NCBI GenBank assembly: GCA_963821795.1
Contig: CAWGFH010000004.1
Span: 175,629 to 239,628, forward strand
Direction: 5' to 3'
Origin: an uncultured Alphaproteobacteria bacterium
GTDB taxonomy: Bacteria; Pseudomonadota; Alphaproteobacteria; ATCC43930; CGMCC-115725
DNA length: 64,000 nt
The notes below the pieces were generated by a model that was given only the letters and a program-made list of their open reading frames with translations, was not told the origin of the DNA and searched no databases. Numbering within the stretch: position 1 is the first letter of the stretch; each line of letters starts with the position of its first letter. This document shows, piece by piece, positions 10,103-20,125 of the stretch. The position numbers were made by a program, and so were the translations under genes.

Positions 10103-10891
10103 ATGGCGGATGACGGAGCGGTTCGAGATCCGGTGCCGAGCAAGGTTCCCGAAGTCACTTTCTTTTTTTGGATTCTGAAAATAGCTGCGACCACGCTCGG
10201 GGAGACCGGCGGCGATACCGTCACGATGACGCTTAATTGGGGTTATTTAGCCGGTACAGCCCTATTTTTGGGCCTTCTCGTGGTATTTGTCACCGTGCAA
10301 ATCCGTGCAAAGGCTTTCCACCCCTTCCTCTATTGGGGGACCATCGTCCTCTCGACCACGTTCGGCACGACCATGGCCGATTTCGCCGATCGCTCGCTCG
10401 GCATCGGATACACCGGCGGCTCGATGCTACTGTTCGGCTGTTTGTCGGCTGCGCTTGGGCTGTGGTACTGGTTGGAGGGCACCATCTCGGTCAACACTGT
10501 GAGTACGCCAAGGGTAGAGGTATTCTATTGGACGGCGATCACATTTTCACAGACGCTCGGCACTGCGCTTGGCGATTGGCTAGCCGATACCGGCGGCCTT
10601 GGTTACCAAGGCGGCGCCCTCGTCTTTGGCGCAGGATTGGCAGCAATTACAGCACTTTATTTGTGGACCAACATGTCGAGCGTCATGCTGTTCTGGGCTG
10701 CGTTTATTTTGACGCGGCCGCTGGGTGCAACGGTCGGTGACTTTCTCGACAAACCGATCAAGGAAGGCGGAATGGCGCTCAGCCGACCGCTCGCCTCGGC
10801 AGTGATCGCAGGCTTCATCGTCGTTTGCTTGCTGGTTTTCCGCCAACGGCCGGGACAACACCCGGGGGCAGCAATACCAATGGATACCTGA
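10103..10891 (+). CDS. Polytopic membrane protein with an internally repeated G-x3-D motif (COG4705-like)
   Basis: ATG at 10103 after AGGAAG. 262 aa. Four hydrophobic repeats carry TLGETGGD, TTMADFADRSLG, TLGTALGDWLAD and LGATVGDFLDK. Confidence 0.55.
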   Translation: MADDGAVRDPVPSKVPEVTFFFWILKIAATTLGETGGDTVTMTLNWGYLAGTALFLGLLVVFVTVQIRAKAFHPFLYWGTIVLSTTFGTTMADFADRSLGIGYTGGSMLLFGCLSAALGLWYWLEGTISVNTVSTPRVEVFYWTAITFSQTLGTALGDWLADTGGLGYQGGALVFGAGLAAITALYLWTNMSSVMLFWAAFILTRPLGATVGDFLDKPIKEGGMALSRPLASAVIAGFIVVCLLVFRQRPGQHPGAAIPMDT

Positions 10892-10967
10892 TTGTAGGTT
10901 TAGCCGACCTCCCGCTGTGCCTGGTCGAGGAAGTAGCCGGGTCGCGGGGAGTTGGCCAAAATCGGTC

Positions 10968-11002
10968 CATCGGTGGGCGACTCGGACGAGCGCCCACCGA
11001 TG
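10968..11002. terminator. Hairpin between convergent genes (12-bp perfect stem, 11-nt loop)
   Basis: CATCGGTGGGCG (10968-10979) pairs with CGCCCACCGATG (10991-11002). On the minus strand a TTTT follows about 8 nt later. It lies between the stops at 10891 (+) and 11038 (-). Confidence 0.45.
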
Positions 11003-11037
11003 TTCGCGGCTACGCCAGAATTCGGCTTGAGCCGAGA

Positions 11038-12450
11038 TCAGTTGTAGTAACTGGTACTGCCGAAGATCGCGCCGCAGGCGGTAACCGGGCTTGCCGAATG
11101 GACATACACCGCGACGCACCCGTTCATGCTGCCGCAGATCTGGGCGCTGACGCCGGTGGTGTCGCCACCGGACCCAACTACTGAGAGCGGAGCTACTTGC
11201 GGAACATAGATGCGGTTTCTATTGCAGTCAGCCGCGACCGAATGGGAGCCGCTGCCTTGCGGTATCGTCTCGATCAGCACACTGGTACCGTCGATTACGC
11301 CAAGCGCGGGAACGGCAGCCGCCGGGGCGGGATTACCGCTCGGGCCTAGTTGCCGGCTCGAACCGGTATAATAGCGCTGGTCGCCGGAATTGAACCAGAC
11401 CTCGTCCGAGCCAGTAATGCCGGCTATGTGCGAGTAGTTTTTGTTGATCGCGTTGATTACCAGCGTTGTTGTGTTGGTCGGGTTGTTGCCGGGAGTGCAA
11501 CCCTCGAGCAAATTGGAACCTGGGCCGACCGTGATTCCGTTGGGACCGCAGCCGGTCAAGGGGACGACGCCGGTGTTTGTCGCTGGGTCGAATGCACCCA
11601 ACACGGCCGTTGGTTTGGTAAGCGTCGTCGGGTCTATTACCAGGACCCCGCCGTCGCAATTTATCGCCCCAGACAACTGGCCATAGTTGCAGCCCGGAGG
11701 GTTGTTGGCGATGATCGGGATCGAATTATAGAAGCGCTTGGTCTGGGGCTCCCAGGTCGGCTGCTCGAGCGATAAGCCGAAGCCGGTTGGAATGATTGTT
11801 GGATCCACGGTGACCTTGGTGATGATGCTGACGTTGCTGGCCCCAGAGTCACCGTTCGCCACGAAAAGTGTGGCGAAAGGCGGGTCTTCCGCGTTGTTGG
11901 CGGCAAGCAACAATTTGCCGTCGGGGGTCAATGCCATCTCGTCAACGCGGGTCGTGCCGCCGGTCTTTATTGTCTGAGCCGGCGTAATATAGGTACCCGG
12001 CGAATTCAGGTTAAACACTTTGAGTGTGCTGTCGCCGTCTCCGCCGTAGACCCATCTGCCGTGCGATGTAACGCCATCGGGTCCCGACTTGGCGTTGTTC
12101 ACCGCCCCGGTCATCGGGTTCAAGACAATACCGACAAACCCCATTAGTCGACGCGTCCACGTATTCGTCGCGGTGGAGATGACCTCGATACCCGCGTTCG
12201 AGCGATCCCCAAGGTAGTACTCGGAACGATTGGGGTTGACCCAGCTGATGTCGAACGACCGCAGCGGGTTGCCCGGGATTTGCACCGCGGTCAGACATTT
12301 GGTCTCGGTTGTCGACGGCGCTCCCGGCCCGGTGCACGGCTGGGCAAAAGCCGGCGTCGCGAACGCACACGCTAATGGCGCCACCATCAACGCCGGGTGC
12401 TGAAAGCATCTTTTCAGTACAGCGTACACATAACTGTCATGTTTTAGCAT
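11038..12450 (-). CDS. Secreted Cys-containing protein, probably beta-propeller-like; family unknown
   Basis: ATG at 12450 is preceded by GGGAGGGAG. A signal-like segment ends ..AFATPAFAQP. The 470-aa body is Gly/Thr/Asn/Pro-rich with repeated short beta-strand-like segments and several Cys residues. Confidence 0.6.
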   Translation of the reverse strand: MLKHDSYVYAVLKRCFQHPALMVAPLACAFATPAFAQPCTGPGAPSTTETKCLTAVQIPGNPLRSFDISWVNPNRSEYYLGDRSNAGIEVISTATNTWTRRLMGFVGIVLNPMTGAVNNAKSGPDGVTSHGRWVYGGDGDSTLKVFNLNSPGTYITPAQTIKTGGTTRVDEMALTPDGKLLLAANNAEDPPFATLFVANGDSGASNVSIITKVTVDPTIIPTGFGLSLEQPTWEPQTKRFYNSIPIIANNPPGCNYGQLSGAINCDGGVLVIDPTTLTKPTAVLGAFDPATNTGVVPLTGCGPNGITVGPGSNLLEGCTPGNNPTNTTTLVINAINKNYSHIAGITGSDEVWFNSGDQRYYTGSSRQLGPSGNPAPAAAVPALGVIDGTSVLIETIPQGSGSHSVAADCNRNRIYVPQVAPLSVVGSGGDTTGVSAQICGSMNGCVAVYVHSASPVTACGAIFGSTSYYN

Positions 12451-12769
12451 TAGCTCCCTCCCGTTGCGAGTTATTATCAATAGCGCGTTTAGGTTAATTT
12501 CGCGCAGGGCAGACCATATCGAAGCACGACGAAGTGTCAACGTCTTTTAGACTAATTTTTGACGTATTTGCCTTGATTGTAAGTTTAATGTAAGCTTCGT
12601 TATCTCAAGTCTAGTTCTTAAGATAACTACCGTCGTTATCGCAATCGCCGAAATCCGATAAAGCATGCAGCCTCGGCGGGCGGCGCAGGCCTCAGCCCTG
12701 GGCAATTCAATCGGTCTTTCTGAGACGCCGTGGCGACGTATCCAGCGCGGCGCGCGGCCGCGTGTGAAA

Positions 12770-13363
12770 TCAGCCCGACATCAGCGGTTCGCCGCGCATG
12801 TACTTGCCGCGGCAGAATAATAGGGTCGGCCTGTTGGTGTAGGCATAGCGCTCGACATGCCCGACGAAGATGATGTGGTCGCCGCCGTAGTGCCGGTATT
12901 CGTTGCGGCATTCGAGATGCGCTGCGGCGCCGATCAGCACCGGGGCACCACATTCCGGGATAATGTGGTCGATCTCGGCGAATTTGTTGTCGTGGGTCCG
13001 GGCGAATTTGTTCGACAGCTCGATCTGGTCGTAGGCCAGAATGTTGACTACGAAGTGGGAGCCCTCTTGGAACGCCGGCAGGCTCTGCGCGTAAAGCGAC
13101 GCGCTCCACAGGACAAGCGGCGGGCTCAGCGACACCGAGGAGAACGAGTTGGCGGTCATGCCGTAAAGACCGCCGTCCTTACCGCGAGCGGTGATGATCG
13201 TTACTCCGGTGGCAAAGGCGCCAAGCGCGTTGCGGAAATCGCGCGTTTCGAAGCCTTCGCCCGAGGTCGCTTTCACCGGTGCGGCATGGCTGCCGGGATG
13301 CTCCGTCTCGGGAATTTCCGGGTTGGGGGTTGCGGTCTGCTGGGTATTCGTTCGCACGGTCAT
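12770..13363 (-). CDS. Flavin reductase (split-barrel FMN-binding domain, HpaC-like)
   Basis: 197 aa from ATG 13363, with FRNALGAFATGVTIITARG..GMTANSFSSVSLSPPLVLWS. Lies 13 nt downstream of the preceding oxygenase gene. Confidence 0.8.
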   Translation of the reverse strand: MTVRTNTQQTATPNPEIPETEHPGSHAAPVKATSGEGFETRDFRNALGAFATGVTIITARGKDGGLYGMTANSFSSVSLSPPLVLWSASLYAQSLPAFQEGSHFVVNILAYDQIELSNKFARTHDNKFAEIDHIIPECGAPVLIGAAAHLECRNEYRHYGGDHIIFVGHVERYAYTNRPTLLFCRGKYMRGEPLMSG

Positions 13364-13376
13364 CCCCACTATTTGC

Positions 13377-14579
13377 TCAGAGCGACACTTCGGGCGGCAT
13401 GCCCAGAGCCACCCGGCCATAGATCGCGCCATTGACGTCCCAGGTCAGCGTGTAATGCGCGTTGGCCGCATGGACGTCGCGAAAGGCGCGTTGGATTGGG
13501 TTTTGTGCATAGATCGCGCCACCTCCGCTGGCGCTGAACAAAATATCGACCGCCCGGGTGCACAGTGTCGCGGCAAACGCGCCGTCCCGCCGATAGCGCG
13601 CCTTTTGTTCGAGGCTCGGCACCACCCCGGCCTCGGTGATCCGCGTCGCCTCGTCGCAATCGCGCAGCGAGATTGCCTCGGCCGCGTCCGCCGATGCCGC
13701 CGCCTCTCCGAGATGGACCTGCAAGTTTCTGAAATCGGCGAGATTTCTTCCGGTATAAATGCTGAGCCGGGTGCGCGTCGTCTCGGCAAAATGCTGGATC
13801 GCGCCGCGGGCGATGCCGAGCGAGACGCCAGCGATCGCAAAACCGAACAGGCTGATCGCCGGCAGCTGATACAGCGCCCCGGGATTTACCCCGCTGCCGC
13901 GGTTGGGGCCGCCGGTGATCCGCTCGGCGGCCAGTGTGCGGTGGGCCGGAACAAAGATGTCATTGGCCTCGACATCCTTGCTGCCGGTGCCGCTCAGCCC
14001 GATCACCTGCCAAGTGTCGATGATGCTGTAGTCACTTGCCGGAAGCAGGAAAATTCGCGGCTCGCTCTCCCCCGTCTCCTCGTCGATGACCAGCGCGCCG
14101 ATCATCGCCCAGGTGGCCGCGTCGATGCCGCTCGAGAACGGCCAGCGGCCGCTCATGCGGTATCCGCCGGGCACCCGCCGTGCCCGTCCGCGCGGAAAAA
14201 TTAGCGCCGAGCCGATCAAATTGTCCGGCGATTCGCCCGAGATCTCGTCTTGCGCCTCGGGATGCCACATGCCGAGCAGCCAATGATGCGCGGCGAGGTT
14301 GGCAAGCACCCACGCGGTCGACCCGCAACCTCGCCCGATTACCGATGAAAGCTCGAACAGCGCACGGTAGGGCAACTCGCTGCCGCCGACCCTGGCCGGC
14401 TGCAGCATGCGAAAAAGGCCGCTCGAATGCAGGTCGGCGATGGTCTCGTCGGGTAGACGGCGCAATTCCTCGGCCCGCTCCGCGCGCTCGCGCAGCACCG
14501 GGATCAGCAATTCTGCGCGCGCCATCAGCTCGTCGAAGCGCGGCCCCGCCGCGGATTGTTCGGTCTTGGCCTCGGGCAT
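13377..14579 (-). CDS. Acyl-CoA-dehydrogenase-fold flavin-dependent monooxygenase (oxygenase component)
   Basis: 400 aa from ATG 14579 (GAGAGG upstream). The N-terminus ..LIPVLRERAERAEELRRLPDETIADLHSSGLFRMLQP and overall length are typical of the HsaA/C2-HpaH type. Confidence 0.7.
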   Translation of the reverse strand: MPEAKTEQSAAGPRFDELMARAELLIPVLRERAERAEELRRLPDETIADLHSSGLFRMLQPARVGGSELPYRALFELSSVIGRGCGSTAWVLANLAAHHWLLGMWHPEAQDEISGESPDNLIGSALIFPRGRARRVPGGYRMSGRWPFSSGIDAATWAMIGALVIDEETGESEPRIFLLPASDYSIIDTWQVIGLSGTGSKDVEANDIFVPAHRTLAAERITGGPNRGSGVNPGALYQLPAISLFGFAIAGVSLGIARGAIQHFAETTRTRLSIYTGRNLADFRNLQVHLGEAAASADAAEAISLRDCDEATRITEAGVVPSLEQKARYRRDGAFAATLCTRAVDILFSASGGGAIYAQNPIQRAFRDVHAANAHYTLTWDVNGAIYGRVALGMPPEVSL

Positions 14580-14753
14580 CGCGATCCTCTCACGCATGAG
14601 CCACCATCCCACTCTACTCGCGGCCTCGCAACGGGGCGAGGTCTATCCAAATATGGGTAGACGGCCGGAAGATGCAGCGCGTGACAGCAAGGGACATCAG
14701 CCCTTCCTTTACCAAGGCGATACGATCCATATTCGGGTGAAGGGCATGCGTGC

Positions 14754-15758
14754 ATGACGGCGGAAACCGAAACGAGGCTCGATCAGCTGCGCCCGCGGAT
14801 CCTCGAGACTGAGGAAACCGGGCGCCTCGAGCTTGGACGGCCGGCGCCGCCGGAGCCAATCCTTCGTCTCTCCACCGTCCGTGTTAGCTTTCCCTCGCAC
14901 TTTGCCGTCGCCGCTGGCGGAATTGGGGTGCTCGTGGCCGGCGTCGCCGCGCTCGACCTGGTTCAGTTCGTCTCGGGTGCGTTCGAGCGTGGAGCCGCGT
15001 TTGGTGTCGTCGCCACGATCGCGATCGCTGCCGGCGTCGGCGGTGCGCTCTATTGGCTGGTGGCGGAGTTGCGTGGCTTAATCCGCTTGCGCTCGGCCGA
15101 GCGGCTGCGCCGGCTGATCACATCGGCTCTGGCCAGCGAGCTGAAGCGTGAGATCGACGCGGTGGCGGAGATCCTCGCCCGCGATCCGCTGCTGATCGAC
15201 CCGGTTGCGAGCTATCGGGCCGCCATCGAGCCGCACCATACCGGCGGGGATGCGCTCGAACTCTTCTCTCGCTTCGTGCTCGCACCGGCTGACGGCCTGG
15301 CGCAGGCCGCGATCCGCCGCGCTGCGGCGCAGGCGTTCGCGATCAACACGGTAAGCCCGACCGTGCTGACCGATACTTTGTTTTTCGCAGCGCGCGCCAT
15401 GCGGCTGTTGCGCGAGATTGCCGGGATCTATGGTCAGCGTCCCGGATTTGCCGGCACCATCCACTTGCTGCGCCAACTCGTCGGCGGCGCCGGATTGGTC
15501 GGCGCGGTCGATGTCGTCGGCGGCGTGCTGGTCCAACAGTTCGGCGGTGCGGTTATCGAGCGCATCAGCGCGAACGCCGCCGAAAGCGTCTATGCGGGGC
15601 AAAAGATGGCGCGTCTCGGCATTATTGCGATGGCGCTGTGCCGGCCGGTTGCATTCGGCCCGGGAGAGACGCCGTCGCTCCGCGTCCTTGTCTCCGGCCT
15701 TCTCAAGCCGGGCTCCGAGAATACCGAGAAAGCTGATCCGCGACGCAAGATCGGGTAA
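14754..15758 (+). CDS. YcjF-like inner-membrane protein (UPF0283/DUF697 type)
   Basis: 334 aa with a charged N-terminus, two central hydrophobic helices (VAAGGIGVLVAGVAALDLV, VVATIAIAAGVGGALYWLV) and a long C-terminal domain. The family call is by resemblance only. Confidence 0.5.
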   Translation: MTAETETRLDQLRPRILETEETGRLELGRPAPPEPILRLSTVRVSFPSHFAVAAGGIGVLVAGVAALDLVQFVSGAFERGAAFGVVATIAIAAGVGGALYWLVAELRGLIRLRSAERLRRLITSALASELKREIDAVAEILARDPLLIDPVASYRAAIEPHHTGGDALELFSRFVLAPADGLAQAAIRRAAAQAFAINTVSPTVLTDTLFFAARAMRLLREIAGIYGQRPGFAGTIHLLRQLVGGAGLVGAVDVVGGVLVQQFGGAVIERISANAAESVYAGQKMARLGIIAMALCRPVAFGPGETPSLRVLVSGLLKPGSENTEKADPRRKIG

Positions 15759-15842
15759 AGTCGCGGTTTCGCCGCGGCATCAAGGTTCGGCATGGAACTT
15801 GCCGTGGCGGGCACAGAAGCCTCGAACCGGGGGAGCTCAATC

Positions 15843-17087
15843 ATGCTGTCGCGCCGAACTCTGCTTATCAGTTTGTCGACAACCGCCCTAATCGGCGCCC
15901 TGGCCGGGCGAGCGGGTTCAGGCTTGGCCGCCGACAAAACCGTCAAGATCGGCATTAATCTGCCGTTTACCGGCGCCGACGCACAGGATGCCCAGCTGAT
16001 CAAGGACGGTGCGATGTTGGCTTTGGACGAAGCCAACGCCGCGGGAGGGGTCGGCGGCTACAAGATCGATGTCGAGCTGCTCGACGACGGCACCGCGACC
16101 GCGGGACAATACGATCCGGCGCAAGCCGCGACCAATGCGCGCAAGATGGTGTCGGACGATTCGGTCGTCGCCGCGATCGGGCCGCAGATGAGCGGCTCGG
16201 GCAAGGCGATGTCGCCGATCTTGAGCGAGGGCGGCTTGGCGACGATCACGCCTAGCTCGACCAACCCCGACATCACCAACCCGAAATTCGCTGGGCAATA
16301 CCGGCCCAAAGGCAAGGCCGTCTATTTCCGCACGGTAACGACCGACGCTTTTCAGGGCCCGAACATGGCGAATTACTTCGCTGACGTCCTGAAGGTGAAA
16401 TCGGTCTATGTGCTCGACGACAGCGGCGCCTATGGCGTCGGGCTCGCCGACGCCTTTCAGGCGCAGGCAGACAAGCGCGGCATCAAGGTGCTCGGCCGCG
16501 ACCAGCTAAATCCGAAGGAGGCCGACTACACGACGACCCTGACCAAGATAAAATCGCTCAATCCCGACGCGCTCTATTACGGCGGCGTGGCGCAGGCCGG
16601 AGTCAAAGTCGTCAAGGAATCCTACGACATCCTGCCCGACATCATCAAAAGCGGCGGCGACGGCGTATACGGCGCCGAAATCCTGACCGGTGCGGGCTTC
16701 CCGGCGGCGCAAGGATGGTACGCGACAACCGCTTCGCCGAACATGGTCGAAAACCCGGATGCGGCGCCGATGATCGAACGCTTCGCCGCGAAATACGGCA
16801 AGCAGCCCAACAACTACTCGATCACCGCCTACGATGCCGCGCTCGTCATCCTCGACGCAATCAAGGCCGTCGCCGCGTCGGGCAAAGAGGTCACCCGCGA
16901 TGCGGTGCGCGACGCAATCCAGCAATCGCATGTAAAGACTTTACAGGGCGAGGTCACTTTCGACGATAACGGCGATATCGAGAACCGGGTGGTCAGCGTC
17001 TTCCGGATCACCCGCAACGACAAGTACCCGCTCGACGACGTGCTGCACCAATACAAGTATATGGGTGTGGCGCCTGCGAGTTCGTAA
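15843..17087 (+). CDS. Branched-chain amino acid ABC transporter substrate-binding protein (LivK/LivJ family)
   Basis: ATG at 15843. Signal MLSRRTLLISL..GLAADKTVKIGINLPFTGADA. 414 aa, first gene of a K-H-M-G-F operon. Confidence 0.85.
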   Translation: MLSRRTLLISLSTTALIGALAGRAGSGLAADKTVKIGINLPFTGADAQDAQLIKDGAMLALDEANAAGGVGGYKIDVELLDDGTATAGQYDPAQAATNARKMVSDDSVVAAIGPQMSGSGKAMSPILSEGGLATITPSSTNPDITNPKFAGQYRPKGKAVYFRTVTTDAFQGPNMANYFADVLKVKSVYVLDDSGAYGVGLADAFQAQADKRGIKVLGRDQLNPKEADYTTTLTKIKSLNPDALYYGGVAQAGVKVVKESYDILPDIIKSGGDGVYGAEILTGAGFPAAQGWYATTASPNMVENPDAAPMIERFAAKYGKQPNNYSITAYDAALVILDAIKAVAASGKEVTRDAVRDAIQQSHVKTLQGEVTFDDNGDIENRVVSVFRITRNDKYPLDDVLHQYKYMGVAPASS

Positions 17088-17135
17088 CCTGTCGCAGCTC
17101 GCGAAAAGCGGCGTCAAGCGGACTGCCCCCGCGCC

Positions 17136-18072
17136 ATGACCGAATCTGGGGTGCTGCTGCAGCAGGTGATCAACGGGTTGAGCCTTGGCGCGATGTATGC
17201 GCTGCTGGCGCTCGGCTTTACGCTCGTTTACGGCATTCTCGAGCTGATCAACTTTGCCCATTTCAACGTGTTCATGGTCAGCTCGTTCGTCGGCATGTGG
17301 GCGCTCGAGTTCTTGGGATCTCGGGTCAGGCCCACGTCCTGACCGGGCTCGCTCTGGCGGGGGCGCTGGGCTTTGCCTTCGCGGTTACGATGCTTGCAGC
17401 GGGCGGGCTCGGTGTCGCGATCGAGCGCATCTCGCTCGGCCGCTGCGCGGGGTGCGCGGCCCGGCGGCGATGATCACGACGATCGGCGTCTCCTACATCC
17501 TGTTCAACGTCATCCTGCTCACGGTCGGCGCCGAATCGAAGAATTATCCGAACCCGATGCCAATGGTGCGCTGGCGGTTCGGGCAAGTCACTCTGGAGCT
17601 GCGCGAGGTGCTGATCTGGGGCGTCACCGCGGTCCTGATGGTGGCGCTGCATCTGTTCGTGCACCGCACCCGCCTCGGCAAGGCGATGCGGGCGACCGCG
17701 CAGGATGCCGAGGCGGCGCGGATGATGGGGGTCGAAGTCGACCGGGTGATCCTGACCGCGTTTTTTCTGGGCTCGGCCTTGGCCGGCGCGGCGGCGCTTG
17801 ATCTTCGGCCTCTATTACAACTTCACCAGCTTCATCATCGGCTACACCGCCGGGCTGCGCGCCTTTACCGCCGCGGTCCTGGGCGGCATCGGCAGCATCG
17901 GCGGCGCGATGATCGGCGGCCTCATCATCGGGCTGATCGAGAGCCTCGGCGGCCAGCTGATTGCGGTGCGATGGACCGACGTGATCATCTTCTCGATCCT
18001 GATTTTGGTGCTGGTATTTGTCCCGAACGGTCTTTTTGGCCGCGCTACACCCGACCAAATCCTGATGGCTGA
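17136..18072 (+). pseudogene. LivH-type permease with at least 3 frame changes (about 17315-17317, 17437, 17795); 3' boundary approximate
   Basis: LivH-like sequence continues across three frames: ..NFAHFNVFMVSSFVGMWALEFLG / ISGQAHVLTGLALAG..IERISL / RPLRG..MITTIGVSYILFN..AMRATAQDAEAARMMGV.. / IFGLYYNFTSF..AAVLGGIGSIGGA. Confidence 0.75.
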
Positions 18073-19262
18073 GATCGGCAAGCCGCCGCCGGTCAGGACC
18101 ACGGGCCTCCGGCCGACCCTGAGGGCGAGAGCGGGCACGCCGTTGCTCCGGCCGATCGCGCGCATCCGGCCCGGCAACTGGGCGCGGCTCGGCATCGTCT
18201 GTGCCGCAGTGGCGGCGCTGCTGTTCCCGCTCGTGCACCGCAACGACGCCGACATCGATACGCTGCGCCAATGCGCTCGCCTTCGCCGCGCTGGCGCTCG
18301 GCCTCAATATCGTCGTCGGCTTTGCCGGCCTGCTCGACCTCGGCTATGCGGCGTTTTTCGCGATCGGCGCCTATGCCTACGGCATTCTCAGCTCGTGGCA
18401 ATTGCAGCCGGAATGGACGAGTTTCTGGGAGCCGTTCCAGTGGCTCGGCCTCGTCGCGCGCAATCATACGACGGCCGGCGACTTCGTCCATTTCCAGGTG
18501 TCGTTCTGGCTGATGCTGCCGGTTTCGGCGGCGATCGCCGCATTTTGCGGCGTGCTGTTCGGCGCTCCGACCTTGCGGCTCAAAGGCGACTATCTGGCGA
18601 TCGTGACTTTGGGCTTTGGCGAGATCGTGCCGATCGTCGTGCGCAACTGGCCGTCCTTGACCAATGGCGCGATGGGTCTGAACGGGGTCGCCCCGCCGCA
18701 GTTCTTCGGCTTCAATTTCGGGGTCAGCGCGACCCCTTATTACTACGTCGGGGTGGCGCTCGTCGCCCTGTTGATCCTGATCAGCCAGCGGCTGAAGGAT
18801 TCGCGCATCGGGCGCGCCTGGATGGCGATCCGCGAGGACGAGATCGCCGCCTCGGCGATGGGCGTCAACCTGGTTCGACTGCAAGCTGCTGGCCTTCGCC
18901 ACCGGCGCCGCCTTCGCCGGCGCCACCGGCACGCTCTACATCGCCAAATTGCAGACCGCGACGCCGGACATGTTCATGTTTCCGGTGTCGGTCATGATCC
19001 TCGTCATGGTCGTGTTCGGCGGCATCGGCAGCGTCTGGGGCGTCGTCATCGGCGCGATGCTGCTGCAGATCCTGCAATCCTGGGTTCTCGAGGATTTGTC
19101 GCAATGGCTTCACGCGCTTGGCCGTCTGGTCAATGTCGACTGGCTTCAGCATGTTGAGCTGGCCTCGTCGATCGAGCTGATATTCGGCTTGATCCTGGTC
19201 TTGATGATGCTCTATCGCCGCCAGGGCTTGATCCCGGCTTCGCGGCGGGTGCCGGCGACTGA
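18065..19262 (+). pseudogene. LivM-type permease with at least 2 frame changes (about 18266-18269 and 18882); both ends approximate
   Basis: MAEIGKPPP.. (frame of ORF 17798) continues as NALAFAALALGLNIVVGFAGLLDLGYAAFF..IREDEIAASAMGVNLVRL (ORF 18201), then KLLAFATGAAFAGATG..MLYRRQGLIP (ORF 18949). Confidence 0.75.
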
Positions 19263-19264
19263 CC

Positions 19265-20125
19265 TTGGCCGAGCAGACAGCGCATGTCGGGAGCGGCGGA
19301 TTCGACAGCCTCGCCGGTGCTGGACGCCGCAGATCGCGCGGCGATCGGCGCCGCTGCTCGCAGGTTTCCGGACTGACCGTCCAGTTTGGCGGGCTCGTCG
19401 CGCTGCGGTCGATCGAATTGAGCGTCCCGGCGCACTCGGTCGTCGCCGTGATCGGGCCGAACGGCTCGGGCAAATCGACGTTGTTCAACGCGGTGACCGG
19501 CTTGCTGCGGCCCGACAGCGGCAAGATCGGCTTTGCCGGCGAGGAGATCGGCGGGCGGCCGCCGCATGTCGTTCTCGATCGCGGCATCGCCCGCACCTTT
19601 CAGAACATTCGCCTGTTCCCGAACCTGACCGTCCTCGAAAACGTCATGATCGGCATGCATGCGCGGCTCGCCACCGGCCCGGTGCGCGCGCTATTGCGGC
19701 TGCCGGCGACCCGCCGCGAGGAGGAAGAGGCGCGCGAGCGGGCCTTCGCGATCCTGGCATTGTTCGGCAACCGGCTGCTGCCGCGCGCCGACCATCTCGC
19801 CTCGAGCCTTTCCTACGCCAACCGCCGGCGGACCGAGATCGCCCGCGCGCTCGCCTCGCGGCCGAAGCTGCTGCTGCTCGACGAGCCGACGGCCGGGATG
19901 AACCCGGCGGAGACCCACGAACTCGCCGACCAGATCAAGAGCCTTCATCGGCACGGGCTGACCATTCTGTTGATCGAGCACAAGCTCGACGTCGTCGTCA
20001 GCCTGGCGGATAAGGTGGTCGTGCTCGATCACGGCGAGAAGATCGCCGAGGGCCCGCCCGAGGCGGTGCGCCGCGACGACGAGGTGATCCGCGCCTATCT
20101 CGGCCGGAGCGCGGTCTTCGCGTGA
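19265..20125 (+). CDS. Branched-chain amino acid ABC transporter ATP-binding protein (LivG type); start uncertain
   Basis: GLTVQFGGLVALRSIELSV, GPNGSGKSTLFN, LSYANRRRTEIARAL, LLLLDEPTAGMN. The Arg-rich first 30 codons after TTG 19265 look out of frame, so the true N-terminus may be further disturbed. Confidence 0.8.
   Translation: MAEQTAHVGSGGFDSLAGAGRRRSRGDRRRCSQVSGLTVQFGGLVALRSIELSVPAHSVVAVIGPNGSGKSTLFNAVTGLLRPDSGKIGFAGEEIGGRPPHVVLDRGIARTFQNIRLFPNLTVLENVMIGMHARLATGPVRALLRLPATRREEEEARERAFAILALFGNRLLPRADHLASSLSYANRRRTEIARALASRPKLLLLDEPTAGMNPAETHELADQIKSLHRHGLTILLIEHKLDVVVSLADKVVVLDHGEKIAEGPPEAVRRDDEVIRAYLGRSAVFA

Noticed and set aside
12636-13109. 157-aa minus-strand ORF beginning in the AT-rich intergenic region
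   Set aside because: It overlaps the flavin reductase gene in another frame and has Arg/Pro-rich composition. It is a shadow ORF.
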